Below are positions 47,673 through 58,151 of a DNA stretch of 64,000 nt, piece by piece. Under the pieces are notes generated by a model. The model had not been told where the DNA came from. It did not search any database and saw nothing but the letters and a program-made list of their open reading frames with translations. A program made the translations under genes and the position numbers. How positions within the stretch are numbered: position 1 is the first letter of the stretch; every line of letters starts with the position of its first letter. The stretch is taken from positions 224,001 through 288,000 of the forward strand of contig CAVYSW010000009.1 of the NCBI GenBank assembly GCA_963771275.1, read 5' to 3'. This stretch comes from an uncultured Gemmatimonadales bacterium (GTDB taxonomy: Bacteria > Gemmatimonadota > Gemmatimonadetes > Gemmatimonadales > GWC2-71-9).

Positions 47673-48191
47673 TCACTGCGGTGCTGGCGTCCCGCCCCCG
47701 CGCCCGGCGGTGCCGATCGCCCGAATGCGCGCTTCGAGGGCCATCCGCTCCAGCTTCGCGAACGGCAGGGCGAGCAGCAGATCGATCCGGCGCTTGAGCA
47801 GGTCGCGCGCGAGCCGGAACGCGCGGAGCCGCTGGGCCTCGTCCCCGAGCGCGGCGGCCGGGTCTTCCACCCCCCAGTGCGCCGTCATCGGCAGCCCGGG
47901 AACGATCGGGCAGCTTTCCCGGGCCTGGTCGCACACGGTGATCACGAGATCCCACCCGTCGCCCAGCACCGACTCGACCGTCTTGGGACGCAAGCCCGTG
48001 CCGTCGAGCCCGACGTCGGCCAGCACGCGGAGCGCCAGCGGATGCACGGCGGCGGCGGGGAACGTGCCGGCGCTCGACGCCCGGAACGCGCCCCGGCCCC
48101 AGTGGTTCAACAACGCTTCCGCCATCTGGCTGCGGGCGGAGTTGCCGGTGCAGACGAACAGCACGCGGAGCGGCGACCTGGGCTGGGACAT
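47673..48191 (-). CDS. arsC: Arsenate reductase, LMW-PTP type
   Basis: CTGNSARSQMAE, ITVCD..RESCP, HWG.EDP. Confidence 0.88.
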   Translation of the reverse strand: MSQPRSPLRVLFVCTGNSARSQMAEALLNHWGRGAFRASSAGTFPAAAVHPLALRVLADVGLDGTGLRPKTVESVLGDGWDLVITVCDQARESCPIVPGLPMTAHWGVEDPAAALGDEAQRLRAFRLARDLLKRRIDLLLALPFAKLERMALEARIRAIGTAGRGGGTPAPQ

Positions 48192-48233
48192 CGGGTCAGG
48201 ACCTCACGTCGAACAAGGTGAACGGGCCGTGCC

Positions 48234-48677
48234 TCATCGCAGACGGGTGCGCGCCGGAGCGACGAGCTTGTTGAAGGCGCAGCACGCGCCCCCCAAGGGG
48301 TTCGCCTTCCGCTCGGCCACCCGGGCCATCGCGGCGCGGCGCTCGCGATCGAGCAACGGGATGCCCGCGAAGCACGAGCGCACGCAGTTGATCAGGTTGC
48401 GATGCAGGGAATGCCGTGGTGTCGCCAGACGGTAGTGCGCGAACTTCCAGCCGCGGCGCGCCTCAACCAGGCCCGCGCGGCGGAGATAGGCGAGATGGCG
48501 AGAGACCGTGGGCTGCGGCAGCTGGAGCAGCGCCACCACGTCGCAGACGCACAGCTCGCCCGCCGCGAGCAGGTTGAGAATCCGAAGCCGGGTCGCGTCG
48601 GCGAAGCCGCGATACAGGGTCTCCAGCCCCCCGACGGCTGGCGCGGCCGCGCCGCGCTTGGGAACGGTGGTTGTCAT
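48234..48677 (-). CDS. ArsR/SmtB transcriptional regulator
   Basis: D.TRLRIL.LL..GELCVCD, SRHLAYLR, C-terminal CC. Confidence 0.9.
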   Translation of the reverse strand: MTTTVPKRGAAAPAVGGLETLYRGFADATRLRILNLLAAGELCVCDVVALLQLPQPTVSRHLAYLRRAGLVEARRGWKFAHYRLATPRHSLHRNLINCVRSCFAGIPLLDRERRAAMARVAERKANPLGGACCAFNKLVAPARTRLR

Positions 48678-48737
48678 ATTCGTCTACGCGGATATAATCA
48701 GCAGCCGGACGTCGCGGCGCAACAGCGAGGATCACCC

Positions 48738-48894
48738 GTGTTGATCGAGATTCTCGGCAGCGGCTGCCCCAAGTGCTTCGAGACCGAGCGGCGTGATGCG
48801 CACGCCTGCGGTGGCGGTCGACGGGACTGTCAGGTTGAGTGGAGGTGTCCCCGCGGTCGAGGACCTGGTGGGACTGCTGGCCCCATCCGGCTGA
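48738..48894 (+). pseudogene. Small thioredoxin-like (MTH895-type) gene with internal deletion/frameshift
   Basis: MLIEILGSGCPKC.. then, in another frame, GVMRTPAVAVDG..SGGVP..*; middle section absent. Confidence 0.75.
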
Positions 48895-49041
48895 GCGGGG
48901 CGGACGCATCCTGTAACCGGCGGGCGGCCGACTCCGAGACTCCCGTGCCGCTCTCGGCGCGGCGCCGCCCAACACCGCATCGCGCTCGCACGGCGGCGGC
49001 CGCCGCGGCCGGACGCATGGAGCCCGCGCCCCGCTGACGCG

Positions 49042-50319
49042 CTACACGCCGCTTCGGAGGAACCGTCCGATCGCCGCGACCGTGCGATCCACCTCGGCCA
49101 TCGAGTTGTAGAGATGCGGTGACAGCCGGATGCCCGGGCGGTCGTCCCCTCCGCGCGCGATGCCGACCACGCCGTCCTTCTCGTAGAGGGCCGTGGCAAG
49201 TCGTGACGGGTCGAGTCCGGCCGGGCGGAACGACACCACGGCAGCCGACCGCTCGGGATCCGGGTGGGTCCACAGGGTGACGCCGTCCAGTCCTCGCAGC
49301 CCGGCCATCAACGCCTGCGCCAACTCGCGGGCGCGCGCTTCGATGGCGGCCCGGCCGATCCCCGTCTGGAACCGGATCGCGTCGCCCAGCGCCGCCAGCG
49401 CCGGCTCGTCGCGCTGGCCCATCGCCTCCAGCGTGCGCGACGCACCGACCCGCCCGGCATAGAGGCTCACCACCGTCGGCAGCAGCCTGTCCTGCACGTC
49501 GCGGCGGACGTAGAGCACGCCGGTTTCCTTGGGACCACACAGCCACTTGTGGGCGGACCCCGTGTAGAAGTCCGCCCCCATTTCGGCGGGGCGCACGGCC
49601 AGCACGCCGAAGGTCTGCGCGCCGTCCACCAGGGTCAGCACGCCGCGCTCGCGCGCCACCCGGCACAGCTCGGCGGCGGGCAGCAGGTCGCCCGCCGTGT
49701 TGGTGACATGGCTGAACGCGAGCACGCGGGTGCGCGGCGAAAGGGCCCGCGTGAACGCCTCCACGTAGTGCTCGGGCCCCGGGTGCGGATTCACCTGCGG
49801 CACGACCACCACCCGATACCCGAACCGCTCGGCCTTGACGTGCCAGGCGCGGAGCGCGCTCGGGTGGTTGTCGGCGAACACGACGACTTCGTCCTGGGGC
49901 CCAAGCGCCAAACCGCTCGAGACCAGGTTGTTGCCCTCGCTCGTGTTGCGCGTGAGCACGATCTCCTCCGGCGCCACGCCCAGGAACACGGCCACGAGCG
50001 CCCGCGTCGCTTCGCGCGCGTCGGGCAGCTTGGCCCGCGTCACCGGCGACGGGTCGCTCTCGAGCAGGCGGGTCCACCGCTCGAGGCTCTCGATCACCGG
50101 GCGCGGTGTCGGGCACAGGTTCGCCGCGTTCATGAAGGCCATGCGCTCCGGCAGCAGGAACTGCGCGCGGACATCGGCCCAGTATCGTTCGTCCGGAGCA
50201 TCGGGCATTGGCGGGAGCGGCGCGGGCTGGGCCCGGGCGGCGGGAGCACGACCGAGCAGGGTAGCGGGGCCCGACAGGGCGAGCAGTCGGGCAAAGTCAC
50301 GGCGGGACAGTCTCGGCAT
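49042..50319 (-). CDS. Class V aminotransferase (isopenicillin N epimerase/SufS-like), Tat-exported
   Basis: SRRDF Tat motif, RNTSEG, VDGAQ, SAHKWLCGP, IRLSPHLYN. Confidence 0.88.
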   Translation of the reverse strand: MPRLSRRDFARLLALSGPATLLGRAPAARAQPAPLPPMPDAPDERYWADVRAQFLLPERMAFMNAANLCPTPRPVIESLERWTRLLESDPSPVTRAKLPDAREATRALVAVFLGVAPEEIVLTRNTSEGNNLVSSGLALGPQDEVVVFADNHPSALRAWHVKAERFGYRVVVVPQVNPHPGPEHYVEAFTRALSPRTRVLAFSHVTNTAGDLLPAAELCRVARERGVLTLVDGAQTFGVLAVRPAEMGADFYTGSAHKWLCGPKETGVLYVRRDVQDRLLPTVVSLYAGRVGASRTLEAMGQRDEPALAALGDAIRFQTGIGRAAIEARARELAQALMAGLRGLDGVTLWTHPDPERSAAVVSFRPAGLDPSRLATALYEKDGVVGIARGGDDRPGIRLSPHLYNSMAEVDRTVAAIGRFLRSGV

Positions 50320-50437
50320 GGCAGCCTCCTGGTCGCCGATGAAGCTACGGGCGCCGGCCGGCCCCGGCGAGCCGCGCTCCCCTTCCGCCATCGCCGCTTC
50401 GGCGCGAACTTAGACCATCCCCAGCCGGAGCCCCCGC

Positions 50438-50893
50438 ATGCCCCCCGTCGACTTCACGGTCAACGGCACGCGTCACTCCGTGGACGTCGCGCCCGACACC
50501 CCGCTCCTCTGGGTGCTGCGCGACGACCTCGGCCTCACCGGCACCAAGTTCGGCTGCGGCATCGCCGAATGCGGCGCCTGCACCGTCCACGTGGACGGCG
50601 TCGCCACCCGCTCGTGCGTGGTCCCCATCAGCACCGTGGCCGGCAAGCGTGTGACGACCATCGAGGGGCTATCCCGCGACCGCAGCCACCCGGTGCAGCG
50701 GGCGTGGATTGCCGAGGAGGTCCCGCAGTGCGGCTACTGCCAGTCCGGCCAGATCATGGCCGCGGTGGCGCTGCTGGAGGCGACGCCCAAGCCGAGCGAC
50801 GCGGAGATCGACGCCGCCATGACGAACATCTGCCGCTGCGGGACGTACCTCCGCATCCGGGCCGCCATCCATCACGCGGCCGGGGAGGTGTGA
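50438..50893 (+). CDS. (2Fe-2S) subunit, IorA-like
   Basis: KFGCG...CGACTV, QCGYCQ.GQ, CRCGTY. Confidence 0.92.
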   Translation: MPPVDFTVNGTRHSVDVAPDTPLLWVLRDDLGLTGTKFGCGIAECGACTVHVDGVATRSCVVPISTVAGKRVTTIEGLSRDRSHPVQRAWIAEEVPQCGYCQSGQIMAAVALLEATPKPSDAEIDAAMTNICRCGTYLRIRAAIHHAAGEV

Positions 50894-50894
50894 C

Positions 50895-53021
50895 ATGACC
50901 ACCCGAATGGAGTTGACCCGACGCGAGTTCCTCCAGGCCGCTGCCGCCGCCGGCAGCGGACTGGTGATCGGCTTCACGCTGCCGAGTTGCGCGCGCCCGC
51001 CGGAGGGCCCGCCGCTCGAGCCCAACGCCTGGCTCAAGATCGGCGCCGACGAGAGCATTCTGGTGATCGTGGACCGCTCCGAGATGGGCCAGGGCGTGGC
51101 CACGTCGCTCCCGATGCTCTTGGCTGAAGAGCTCGAAGCCGACTGGTCGAAGATCGGGTTCGAGTTCGCGCCCGCGGACCCCAAGTACAACAACCTGCTG
51201 TTCGGAATGCAGGGGACCGGTGGGAGCAGCAGCATCCGCGCGGCGTATACCCCGCTGCGCAAGGCGGGCGCGGCCGCGCGGGAGGTCCTCATCGCGGCGG
51301 CTGCCCACACGTGGGGCGCCGACCGCTCGGCCTGCCGGGCGGAGCAGGGCGTGGTGATCCATACGGACGGGCGGCGGCTCACATACGGGCGGCTCGTCGC
51401 CACCGCCAGGACGCTCCCCGTGCCGACCGACCCGCCGCTCAAGGAGGCGAAGGACTGGAAGATCCTCGGCACCCGCGTGCCCCGGCTCGACACACCCTTC
51501 AAGGTGGACGGCAGCGCCCAGTTCGGCATCGACGTGACGCTGCCGGGCATGCTGGTCGCGGTGGTCGCCCGGTGCCCCGTGTTCGGCGGCACGGTGGCGA
51601 GCTTCGACCCGGCGGCGGCGCAGGCCGTGCCGGGCGTGCGCCATGTGGTGCAGATCTCGAGCGGCGTCGCGGTCGTGGCGGACGGGTACTGGCCGGCCAA
51701 GACCGGCCGCGACGCGCTCCAGGTCTCCTGGACCGAAGGCCCGAACGCCGCGGTCTCGAGCACGACCATCGCCCGGCTCTTCGCCGAGCGGGCCGGGCGT
51801 CCCGGGGTGCGGGCCCGGCACGACGGCAACCCCGACGCCGCGCTGCCGGGCGCCGCGCGGCGGCTGGAGGCCGTGTACGAAACCCCCTTCCTGGCGCACG
51901 CCACGATGGAGCCGATGAACGCCACCGCGCACGTGCGGTCGGACGGCGTGGACATCTGGGCGCCCACGCAATTCCAGACCGGCGCGCACCAGATGGGCTC
52001 AGCCATCGGCGGGGTGCCGCCAGAGCAGGTGAAGGTCCATACCACCTACTTGGGCGGCGGGTTCGGCCGTCGCTTCGAGCTGGACTTCATTCAGGAGGCG
52101 CTCGAGACGTCCAAGGCGGTGGGGGCGCCGGTCAAGGTCATCTGGTCGCGCGAGGACGACGTCCGGCACGAGTGGTATCGGCCGGCGTCGTATCATCACG
52201 TGCGGGCGGGACTGGACGGCCGCGGGCAACCGGTCGCGTGGACGCACCGGGTCGTGGCGCCCTCGATCATGATCCGCGTCTTCCCCAACACGGTGCAGAA
52301 CGGCCTGGACGGCGAGGCCGTCGAGGGCGCCGTCGAGATGCCGTACAGCGTCTCCAACGTGCACGTGGACTACGTGATGACCGACACGGGGATCCCGGTG
52401 GGATTCTGGCGGTCGGTGAACCACTCGTACAACGCGTTCGCGGTGGAGAGCTTCATCGACGAGCTGGCCCACGCCGCCGGGCAGGACCCGTACGAGTATC
52501 GGCGGGCGCTGCTGGGTAGTGCGCCGCGCTATCTCCGCGTGCTCGAGCTGGCGGCGACCAAGGCGGGCTGGGGCACGCCGGCACCGGCCGGCCGTTCCCG
52601 GGGCATCGCCGTCCACAAGGCGTTCGAGTCGTACGTGGCGCAGGTGGCCGAGGTGTCCGTGGGGTCCGACGGCACGGTGCGGGTGCATCGCGTGGTGTGC
52701 GCCATCGACTGCGGGCCGGTGGTGAACCCCGACACGGTCGAGGCGCAGATGCAGAGTGGGATCGTGTACGGACTCACCGCGGCGCTCTTCGGCGAGATCG
52801 GCATCGAGGGCGGTCGCGTGATGCAGAGCAACTTTCATGACTACCCGATGCTGCGCCTGGCGGAGATGCCGACTGTGGAGGTGCACATCGTGCCGAGCAC
52901 CGACGCGCAGGGAGGGGTGGGCGAGCCGGGAACGCCGCCCATCGCGCCGGCGGTGTGCAACGCGATCTTCGCGGCGACGGGCAAGCGGATCCGCAAGCTG
53001 CCGATCGGCAAGGTGGTCTGA
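50895..53021 (+). CDS. Molybdopterin-binding subunit, IorB-like
   Basis: TRREF Tat motif, [28 protein letters not shown]. Confidence 0.92.
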   Translation: MTTRMELTRREFLQAAAAAGSGLVIGFTLPSCARPPEGPPLEPNAWLKIGADESILVIVDRSEMGQGVATSLPMLLAEELEADWSKIGFEFAPADPKYNNLLFGMQGTGGSSSIRAAYTPLRKAGAAAREVLIAAAAHTWGADRSACRAEQGVVIHTDGRRLTYGRLVATARTLPVPTDPPLKEAKDWKILGTRVPRLDTPFKVDGSAQFGIDVTLPGMLVAVVARCPVFGGTVASFDPAAAQAVPGVRHVVQISSGVAVVADGYWPAKTGRDALQVSWTEGPNAAVSSTTIARLFAERAGRPGVRARHDGNPDAALPGAARRLEAVYETPFLAHATMEPMNATAHVRSDGVDIWAPTQFQTGAHQMGSAIGGVPPEQVKVHTTYLGGGFGRRFELDFIQEALETSKAVGAPVKVIWSREDDVRHEWYRPASYHHVRAGLDGRGQPVAWTHRVVAPSIMIRVFPNTVQNGLDGEAVEGAVEMPYSVSNVHVDYVMTDTGIPVGFWRSVNHSYNAFAVESFIDELAHAAGQDPYEYRRALLGSAPRYLRVLELAATKAGWGTPAPAGRSRGIAVHKAFESYVAQVAEVSVGSDGTVRVHRVVCAIDCGPVVNPDTVEAQMQSGIVYGLTAALFGEIGIEGGRVMQSNFHDYPMLRLAEMPTVEVHIVPSTDAQGGVGEPGTPPIAPAVCNAIFAATGKRIRKLPIGKVV

Positions 53022-53066
53022 GCGTGGGTGCCAGGCCAAAACACACCACTACCGGGAGGATGATCC

Positions 53067-53597
53067 ATGAAACGTCTGATTGCGCCGGCCTTTGCGGCCT
53101 GCATGCTCGCGGCGCCGGCACTCGCCCAGGAAGCCCCGAAGCCCGGGCCGGAGCACGCGCGGATGGGCTACTTCGCCGGTACCTGGGAATTCGCCGGCGA
53201 GGCCAAGGCATCGCCGATGGGCCCGGGAGGCAAGATCAGCGGCGGTGAGACCTGCCAGTGGTTCGCCGGCGGGTTCCAGCTGGTGTGCCAGGGCGATATG
53301 ACCGGTCCGCGCGGGTCCGGGAAGAGCGGGAGCGTCTGGGCCTACGACCCGATGCAACAGGCTTACACGTTCTACGGGTACAACAGCTTCGGCGAGGCGT
53401 TCTCCATCACGGGCACCGTGGCCGGGAAGGTGTGGACCTGGAATGCCGAGTTCCCGTTCCAGGGCGCCTCGATGAAGATCCGGGCGACCATGACCGAGGA
53501 ATCTCCCACGGCCTATTCGTACATGATGGAGACCTCGACCGACGGAACGACCTGGGCGTTGGGAGAGGAAGGTCGCGCGACCAAGAAGACCCGATGA
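53067..53597 (+). CDS. DUF1579-like secreted protein
   Basis: Signal peptide; PGPEH..M.YFAGTW, C.WF.GGF.L. Confidence 0.7.
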   Translation: MKRLIAPAFAACMLAAPALAQEAPKPGPEHARMGYFAGTWEFAGEAKASPMGPGGKISGGETCQWFAGGFQLVCQGDMTGPRGSGKSGSVWAYDPMQQAYTFYGYNSFGEAFSITGTVAGKVWTWNAEFPFQGASMKIRATMTEESPTAYSYMMETSTDGTTWALGEEGRATKKTR

Positions 53598-53601
53598 CGC
53601 G

Positions 53602-53641
53602 GATGGACGCAGCCCGGATCATCGTCCGGGCTGCGTCCATC
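53602..53641. repeat. GATGGACGCAG-type hairpin (same outer stem as the GxxExxY element)
   Basis: Perfect 17-bp stem GATGGACGCAGCCCGGA / TCCGGGCTGCGTCCATC. Confidence 0.85.
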
Positions 53642-53651
53642 AACCGCGAGC

Positions 53652-53897
53652 TTGATGGCCCAGGCGGACACGCTTCGGTGGCAGGGCGAGCAGGACAAGA
53701 TCGGGCCTGAGCACGTGGCACCCATGGTCGAGGTGGCACGGGCAGTCCTGCTCGCCGAGCGCCGGCGGCGCGCCACCGTCGGTGAGAGCGACCCGTGGGT
53801 CTTCCCTGCCCCAGAGGACAGTCAGCAGCCGGACCCCGAGGCGATGCGGCTGGCGCCGGACAACCGGGGCGTTCTCAGGGATAGCCGTGCGCCCTAG
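53652..53897 (+). pseudogene. Tyrosine integrase remnant
   Basis: LRWQGEQDKIG.EH..P, WVFPAP and QQPD..AMRLA segments resemble phage integrase pieces; catalytic HxxR/Y region absent. Confidence 0.55.
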
Positions 53898-53935
53898 AAC
53901 CTCGCCCACGTCCCGGGGCGCACCAACGGCAGGCC

Positions 53936-55426
53936 CTAACGAGCCGTCCGCGGAATGCGCAGGCGCACGCCTTCCTCTGGCGGGGCCATGGCGTTCGCGG
54001 CGGCAAGATCGGCCAAGGCAGCCGCGTATTCCTCCCACCGGACTGACCCGGTGAAACGCTGGGCCTCGTCCAGCATCAGAACAAACGGCATCGGGCGGTC
54101 TTGCCGCGACAAGGCGCGCAGCCCGCCGAGGTAATCATCCCGGTACACGGTTGGGACAACGATGCGCCGTTCTCCCGCCGCCACGAGTTCCGCGTTCATG
54201 AAGGCGCGCGCAATTCGCCCGTTGCCATCCGTAAAGGGATGCACCTCCGTCAACACGAACATGACCATCGCCGCCCGTTGAAACGCGGTGCGAAGGGCGC
54301 GTGCAGCTTCCCACCCCTTCATGAGCGTTCCCGGGACGAGTTCCGGCTCGACGAACCGCGTGCCGCCGGCTTGGTTGGGCTTGGTCTTCCACTGCCCCGG
54401 CCCCACTTCGGGACGTCCGGCCATCAGCGTTGCATGGGACGTCGCCACGCGCTCCAGGAAGTCCACTGCGCTTCGGTCACCGGCGACCGCACGGCCCAGC
54501 CAGGTAGCGTCGCCAACCAGGCGATAGGTGCCCAGGACATCGTGCGCGTCGGCTGGTCGGCGTGCTGGAATGAGGCCATCGAAAACGATCGCGCGCGCCT
54601 CCTCGACCTCAAACTCAGTACCCTCGATGTAGTTCGAGAAGTACGCGTCGAAGAACGACACATTCGCAAACGCCGGTCCGGCCGTAACCCGATCTTCCCG
54701 CAACGGAGGCGACACCGTCGGGAGGGTCCGCGCCAACAGGTCAAACCGCTCGACGCGTTCCGGATCGAACGGCGCTCCCGCGGCGCGAGCCCGTGCGGCT
54801 GGGGTCCGCAGGGCAGCGGCCGGCCGGGACCGGAGAAGCGCCCCGATCAGCCCGTCGAGCTGCGCCATTTCCCGGTCGGCGCCGAGCGCGGCAGTCAGGG
54901 CCCGAGCCTGGTCCCGGATGGCGTTCACCGCCGTCTCCCCGCGACTCCTAAGCATGGTCTCAAGGCGCGTTTCGATCTCCTGTCGAGACACCGTACGGCG
55001 CACCCCAGCCCGCGCGCGGGCGATAGCGAGGTTCTCGAGCAGCAGACGAGCTTCCGAAGCAAGCAGAAGCCCGTTGAGGAACGGCTGATCGCCCGCAAGG
55101 GCTGTTGGACCCTTGTACACTCGGAGCCGAAGGCCTGGAAGGTCGAGGCGCCTGCTCGTGGAGCTCGTCATGAACACGGTGCCGTCTGGACTCGGTCTGG
55201 CTTCAAAGGCCGTGCGATGGGAGACGACGGCACCCGGGGCGTAGTGGGCCGCAATCTCCCACAGATGCCGGCCGACGACCAGAGCAGGGTCGTCAGCGAG
55301 ATTCGGCGTGTACAAGGCAGGTCCGATCTTCCGAAGTTCACCGCGCGCTACTGCGCGGCTTACTCGTGAAGAGCCGGTTCCGCCACCGAAGACGAACTCG
55401 GGCCAGGGGACGCGCGGTTTTGCCAT
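53936..55426 (-). CDS. Fic domain protein
   Basis: HPFTDGNGRIAR catalytic motif; SNYIEG inhibitory-type motif; ATG 55426. Confidence 0.9.
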   Translation of the reverse strand: MAKPRVPWPEFVFGGGTGSSRVSRAVARGELRKIGPALYTPNLADDPALVVGRHLWEIAAHYAPGAVVSHRTAFEARPSPDGTVFMTSSTSRRLDLPGLRLRVYKGPTALAGDQPFLNGLLLASEARLLLENLAIARARAGVRRTVSRQEIETRLETMLRSRGETAVNAIRDQARALTAALGADREMAQLDGLIGALLRSRPAAALRTPAARARAAGAPFDPERVERFDLLARTLPTVSPPLREDRVTAGPAFANVSFFDAYFSNYIEGTEFEVEEARAIVFDGLIPARRPADAHDVLGTYRLVGDATWLGRAVAGDRSAVDFLERVATSHATLMAGRPEVGPGQWKTKPNQAGGTRFVEPELVPGTLMKGWEAARALRTAFQRAAMVMFVLTEVHPFTDGNGRIARAFMNAELVAAGERRIVVPTVYRDDYLGGLRALSRQDRPMPFVLMLDEAQRFTGSVRWEEYAAALADLAAANAMAPPEEGVRLRIPRTAR

Positions 55427-55459
55427 GAGAAGACCACCAGGAGTGCGATTGAGCAAGTA

Positions 55460-55487
55460 ATTATAACGAGATATGTCGGTAATGCAA
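55460..55487 (-). promoter_or_regulatory. Sigma70 promoter of fic
   Basis: TTGCAT-16 nt-TATAAT in an AT-rich patch. Confidence 0.6.
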
Positions 55488-55557
55488 GAAATCGGCACGA
55501 GAAATGCTCGAAGCTGGGACCATCAACGTCTGGAATCTGACACCCATGTCTGTAATT

Positions 55558-55642
55558 CGTTGACAGACCGCGTGATCTGCCGGGGTTCCAGGCGTGAGGC
55601 GACGGGGGTCTTTCGGGGTCAATCGACACCGGAATCGACACC
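55558..55642 (+). repeat. ~85-bp direct repeat, copy 1
   Basis: 26-nt and 32-nt blocks identical to copy 2; internal AATCGACACC x2. Confidence 0.9.
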
Positions 55643-55816
55643 AGATGACGGCTGCGATCCGTCCAGGACTTGGACCTTTCCCGTCCCTCTGGCAATGAGT
55701 CCCGAACACGCGTACCCTTGAGCAAGAAGCACCGCTGCCTCTTCTGGCGAATGCGGACTCGACGGACGCATGGACATGACACGTCGACCCGACCTGACGC
55801 CAGCTCCATCCTCGCG

Positions 55817-56131
55817 ATGGCTTTGACCACCGTCGGGGAGTACGCTGGAGACGCCGCAAACGACGCGATTCAGCACATCAGATCGGCGGTCATCCCCCTG
55901 TACCGCGAGTCCAAGGGGAACCCCGAGTCTGAAGGGGACCCGTCGTTCGTGGGGTCGGGCGTCCTGTTAAGGGCGGGGAACCACCATCTCCTTCTGACGG
56001 CAGCGCACGTCCTGGATGACGCAGCCGACTCGCCTTTCGTGGCCCTCGGGGGTCGATCGCTCAGCTTGGGCAGCGAGTTGATCGAGCAGTACGGGCTGCG
56101 CGTCGCCGCTCCCGCTAAGACGCGCGCATAG
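55817..56131 (+). pseudogene. Truncated trypsin-like serine protease
   Basis: GSGVLL...LLTAAHV (His motif); ends before any GxSG Ser motif. Confidence 0.6.
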
Positions 56132-56139
56132 AAGCTCGC

Positions 56140-57366
56140 ATGGTGCAAGACCACAGGCCTCCACGTCGACTGCACGCGATCCCACCAGTCCTTTGCCTTA
56201 TTCTGGCATCGTGCAAAGGCGGGGTCGAGAATGGGCGAAGCCGGGCGGAAGCAGGATCACGGCCGAGCGTGGGAGCTATGACCGAGTGCCTGCCGCTTCC
56301 GCATGAGGTCGCATCGGACGCTGACGTGACGATCGGAGACACGAATCCCGATTCTGCCCAGTACGCGTTTTCGGGCGTCACTAGCGTCGCGACCACTGCT
56401 AATGGCATGGAACTCGTGCTCGACGCACCGGAGCGCAGGGTACGCATCTTTGATCAGGCTGGACGGTTTGTCCGCGACATTGGCCGGGAGGGCCGCGGTC
56501 CCGGCGAGTTCATCGATCCAGTCGGAATGGGCGTTCTTGGCGATTCTCTTGTTGTGCTATTCGATCGTCAGCTTGAGCGCGTTACTGTGTTTCACCTTGG
56601 TGGATCCCTTGTCTTCACGAAACGAGTGGGCGTCGGACTGATGGTTCAGGGCTTGGTCCTAAGGATCGCCGCGCTCGACCTTCAAACGCTCGTATTTGAG
56701 ACCTTTCGGGGGTACCGTCAACCGGCTCGCATCGGCGTGGATGGTACAGGCGCACTGCTTCGAGTGCACGTTGACATCACGCAACTCGACTCACTTGTCA
56801 CGTTTGAGGGCCGCGACGCCATCCCGCTGCACACCGAGGCGCAGCCTTACCCACTCGTACTACAGGCACCGTTCTCTCGGGCACCACACTGGGCGCTGGG
56901 TCCGAGTGTGCTCGCCTTCGGCAGGAGCGACGAGCCGTGGATTCGGATCATGAGTCTGGATGGGCAAGTGCTTGACAGCGTCGAGCTCTCAGACTTCCCC
57001 GACCAAGTGACGTCAGTTGACATTGCGGAGTACAAAGCGTCACAGCGGGCGCTTGTAGACGATCGGACGGCGGCACCGCTTCGACGCGCTGTCGAGAACG
57101 CATTGAGCAGTCTTGCATACCCGAGTACATGGCCGTGGTTCCGGTCGGTGCTCTTTGACCGGTGCGGAAGCCTGTGGGTTGAACGCGTCCGGCCGCGTGA
57201 ACCGACTCGTGTTTGGGACGTCTTCGACTCTCGCCTTCGGTACCTCGGTGAGGTCAGGACACCCTCTGGGCTAACCGTCCACGTCGTGGATTCTACTGGC
57301 CTATGGGGTACGCGTACCGACAGTCTGGGAGCGGTACAGGTTCAGCGCTACCGTTTCGTCCGATAG
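56140..57366 (+). CDS. 6-bladed beta-propeller lipoprotein
   Basis: Lipobox LASC; G.FVR.IGREG.GPGEF; D..G.LWV. Confidence 0.8.
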   Translation: MVQDHRPPRRLHAIPPVLCLILASCKGGVENGRSRAEAGSRPSVGAMTECLPLPHEVASDADVTIGDTNPDSAQYAFSGVTSVATTANGMELVLDAPERRVRIFDQAGRFVRDIGREGRGPGEFIDPVGMGVLGDSLVVLFDRQLERVTVFHLGGSLVFTKRVGVGLMVQGLVLRIAALDLQTLVFETFRGYRQPARIGVDGTGALLRVHVDITQLDSLVTFEGRDAIPLHTEAQPYPLVLQAPFSRAPHWALGPSVLAFGRSDEPWIRIMSLDGQVLDSVELSDFPDQVTSVDIAEYKASQRALVDDRTAAPLRRAVENALSSLAYPSTWPWFRSVLFDRCGSLWVERVRPREPTRVWDVFDSRLRYLGEVRTPSGLTVHVVDSTGLWGTRTDSLGAVQVQRYRFVR

Positions 57367-57384
57367 TCAAGACCTTCGCGCTGG

Positions 57385-57467
57385 CGTTGACGGACCCGCG
57401 ATCTGCCGGGGTTCCAGGCGTGAGGTGCCGGCCTGTTTCGGGGTCAATCGACACCGGAATCGACACC
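57385..57467 (+). repeat. ~85-bp direct repeat, copy 2
   Basis: GATCTGCCGGGGTTCCAGGCGTGAGG and TTTCGGGGTCAATCGACACCGGAATCGACACC. Confidence 0.9.
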
Positions 57468-57528
57468 GCGCGGTGGTCAGGCCGTGCACCGGTAGGCGGA
57501 GGACATGCAGACTAGTTAGAGACTGCGG

Positions 57529-58059
57529 ATGTCCATGTCCAACGAGCCACTTCACCTGCTTCTGACCGCACTCGGCACCCCGGCATCCTGCTTTGTGCTT
57601 GGCGCTGGCGCCTCTGCTCCCGACGTCCCGACGATCGCAGAACTGCCGTACCGTGTAGCTGCCTACGCCGGCCAGCTCGGCTCATTCCCGGCAGGGCCGA
57701 TCGCCGACTCCCCTCTGCGTCAGCTGATCGCCCCTCTGATACGACGGGCTCGGCTAACAACGTCGATTGAAGAGTGGAAGGCCGGAGCGATGACCGACTC
57801 TACGGTAGCGGCAATCCTCGAACATCTCATCGCCCTGGCGCACTGGCGCCCCTTGGTCCAGTACTCCGTCTTTCGTCTGTTCCCGATCAACGCCGCGCTT
57901 GTCAGCTTCAACTGGGACGGGCTCGCGTTCACTCGTTGTCCTCAGTCCATCGTACTGCACCCCCATGGCCGCGTACCACCGAGGGGGAAACGTCGGACGT
58001 CTGCTCTCGGAATCCCGACAAAAAGAGTCTTCGCATTCTGCAATACCTGCTACCAGTAG
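57529..58059 (+). pseudogene. Truncated SIR2-like protein
   Basis: FVLGAGASA, SFNWD, LHPHG motifs; similarity appears to stop after HG. Confidence 0.65.
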
Positions 58060-58151
58060 CAGTTGCGGATCAGCGCTCCGACGCCGAATCTTGGTGCGAC
58101 CGACTCACTCACGCAGAGCAACAGGGTGTTGAGCGATGGATCGAGGGTGAC

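Noticed and set aside
55558..57467. Integron attC sites
   Set aside because: No RYYYAAC/GTTRRRY ends or attC-like palindrome, and no intI.
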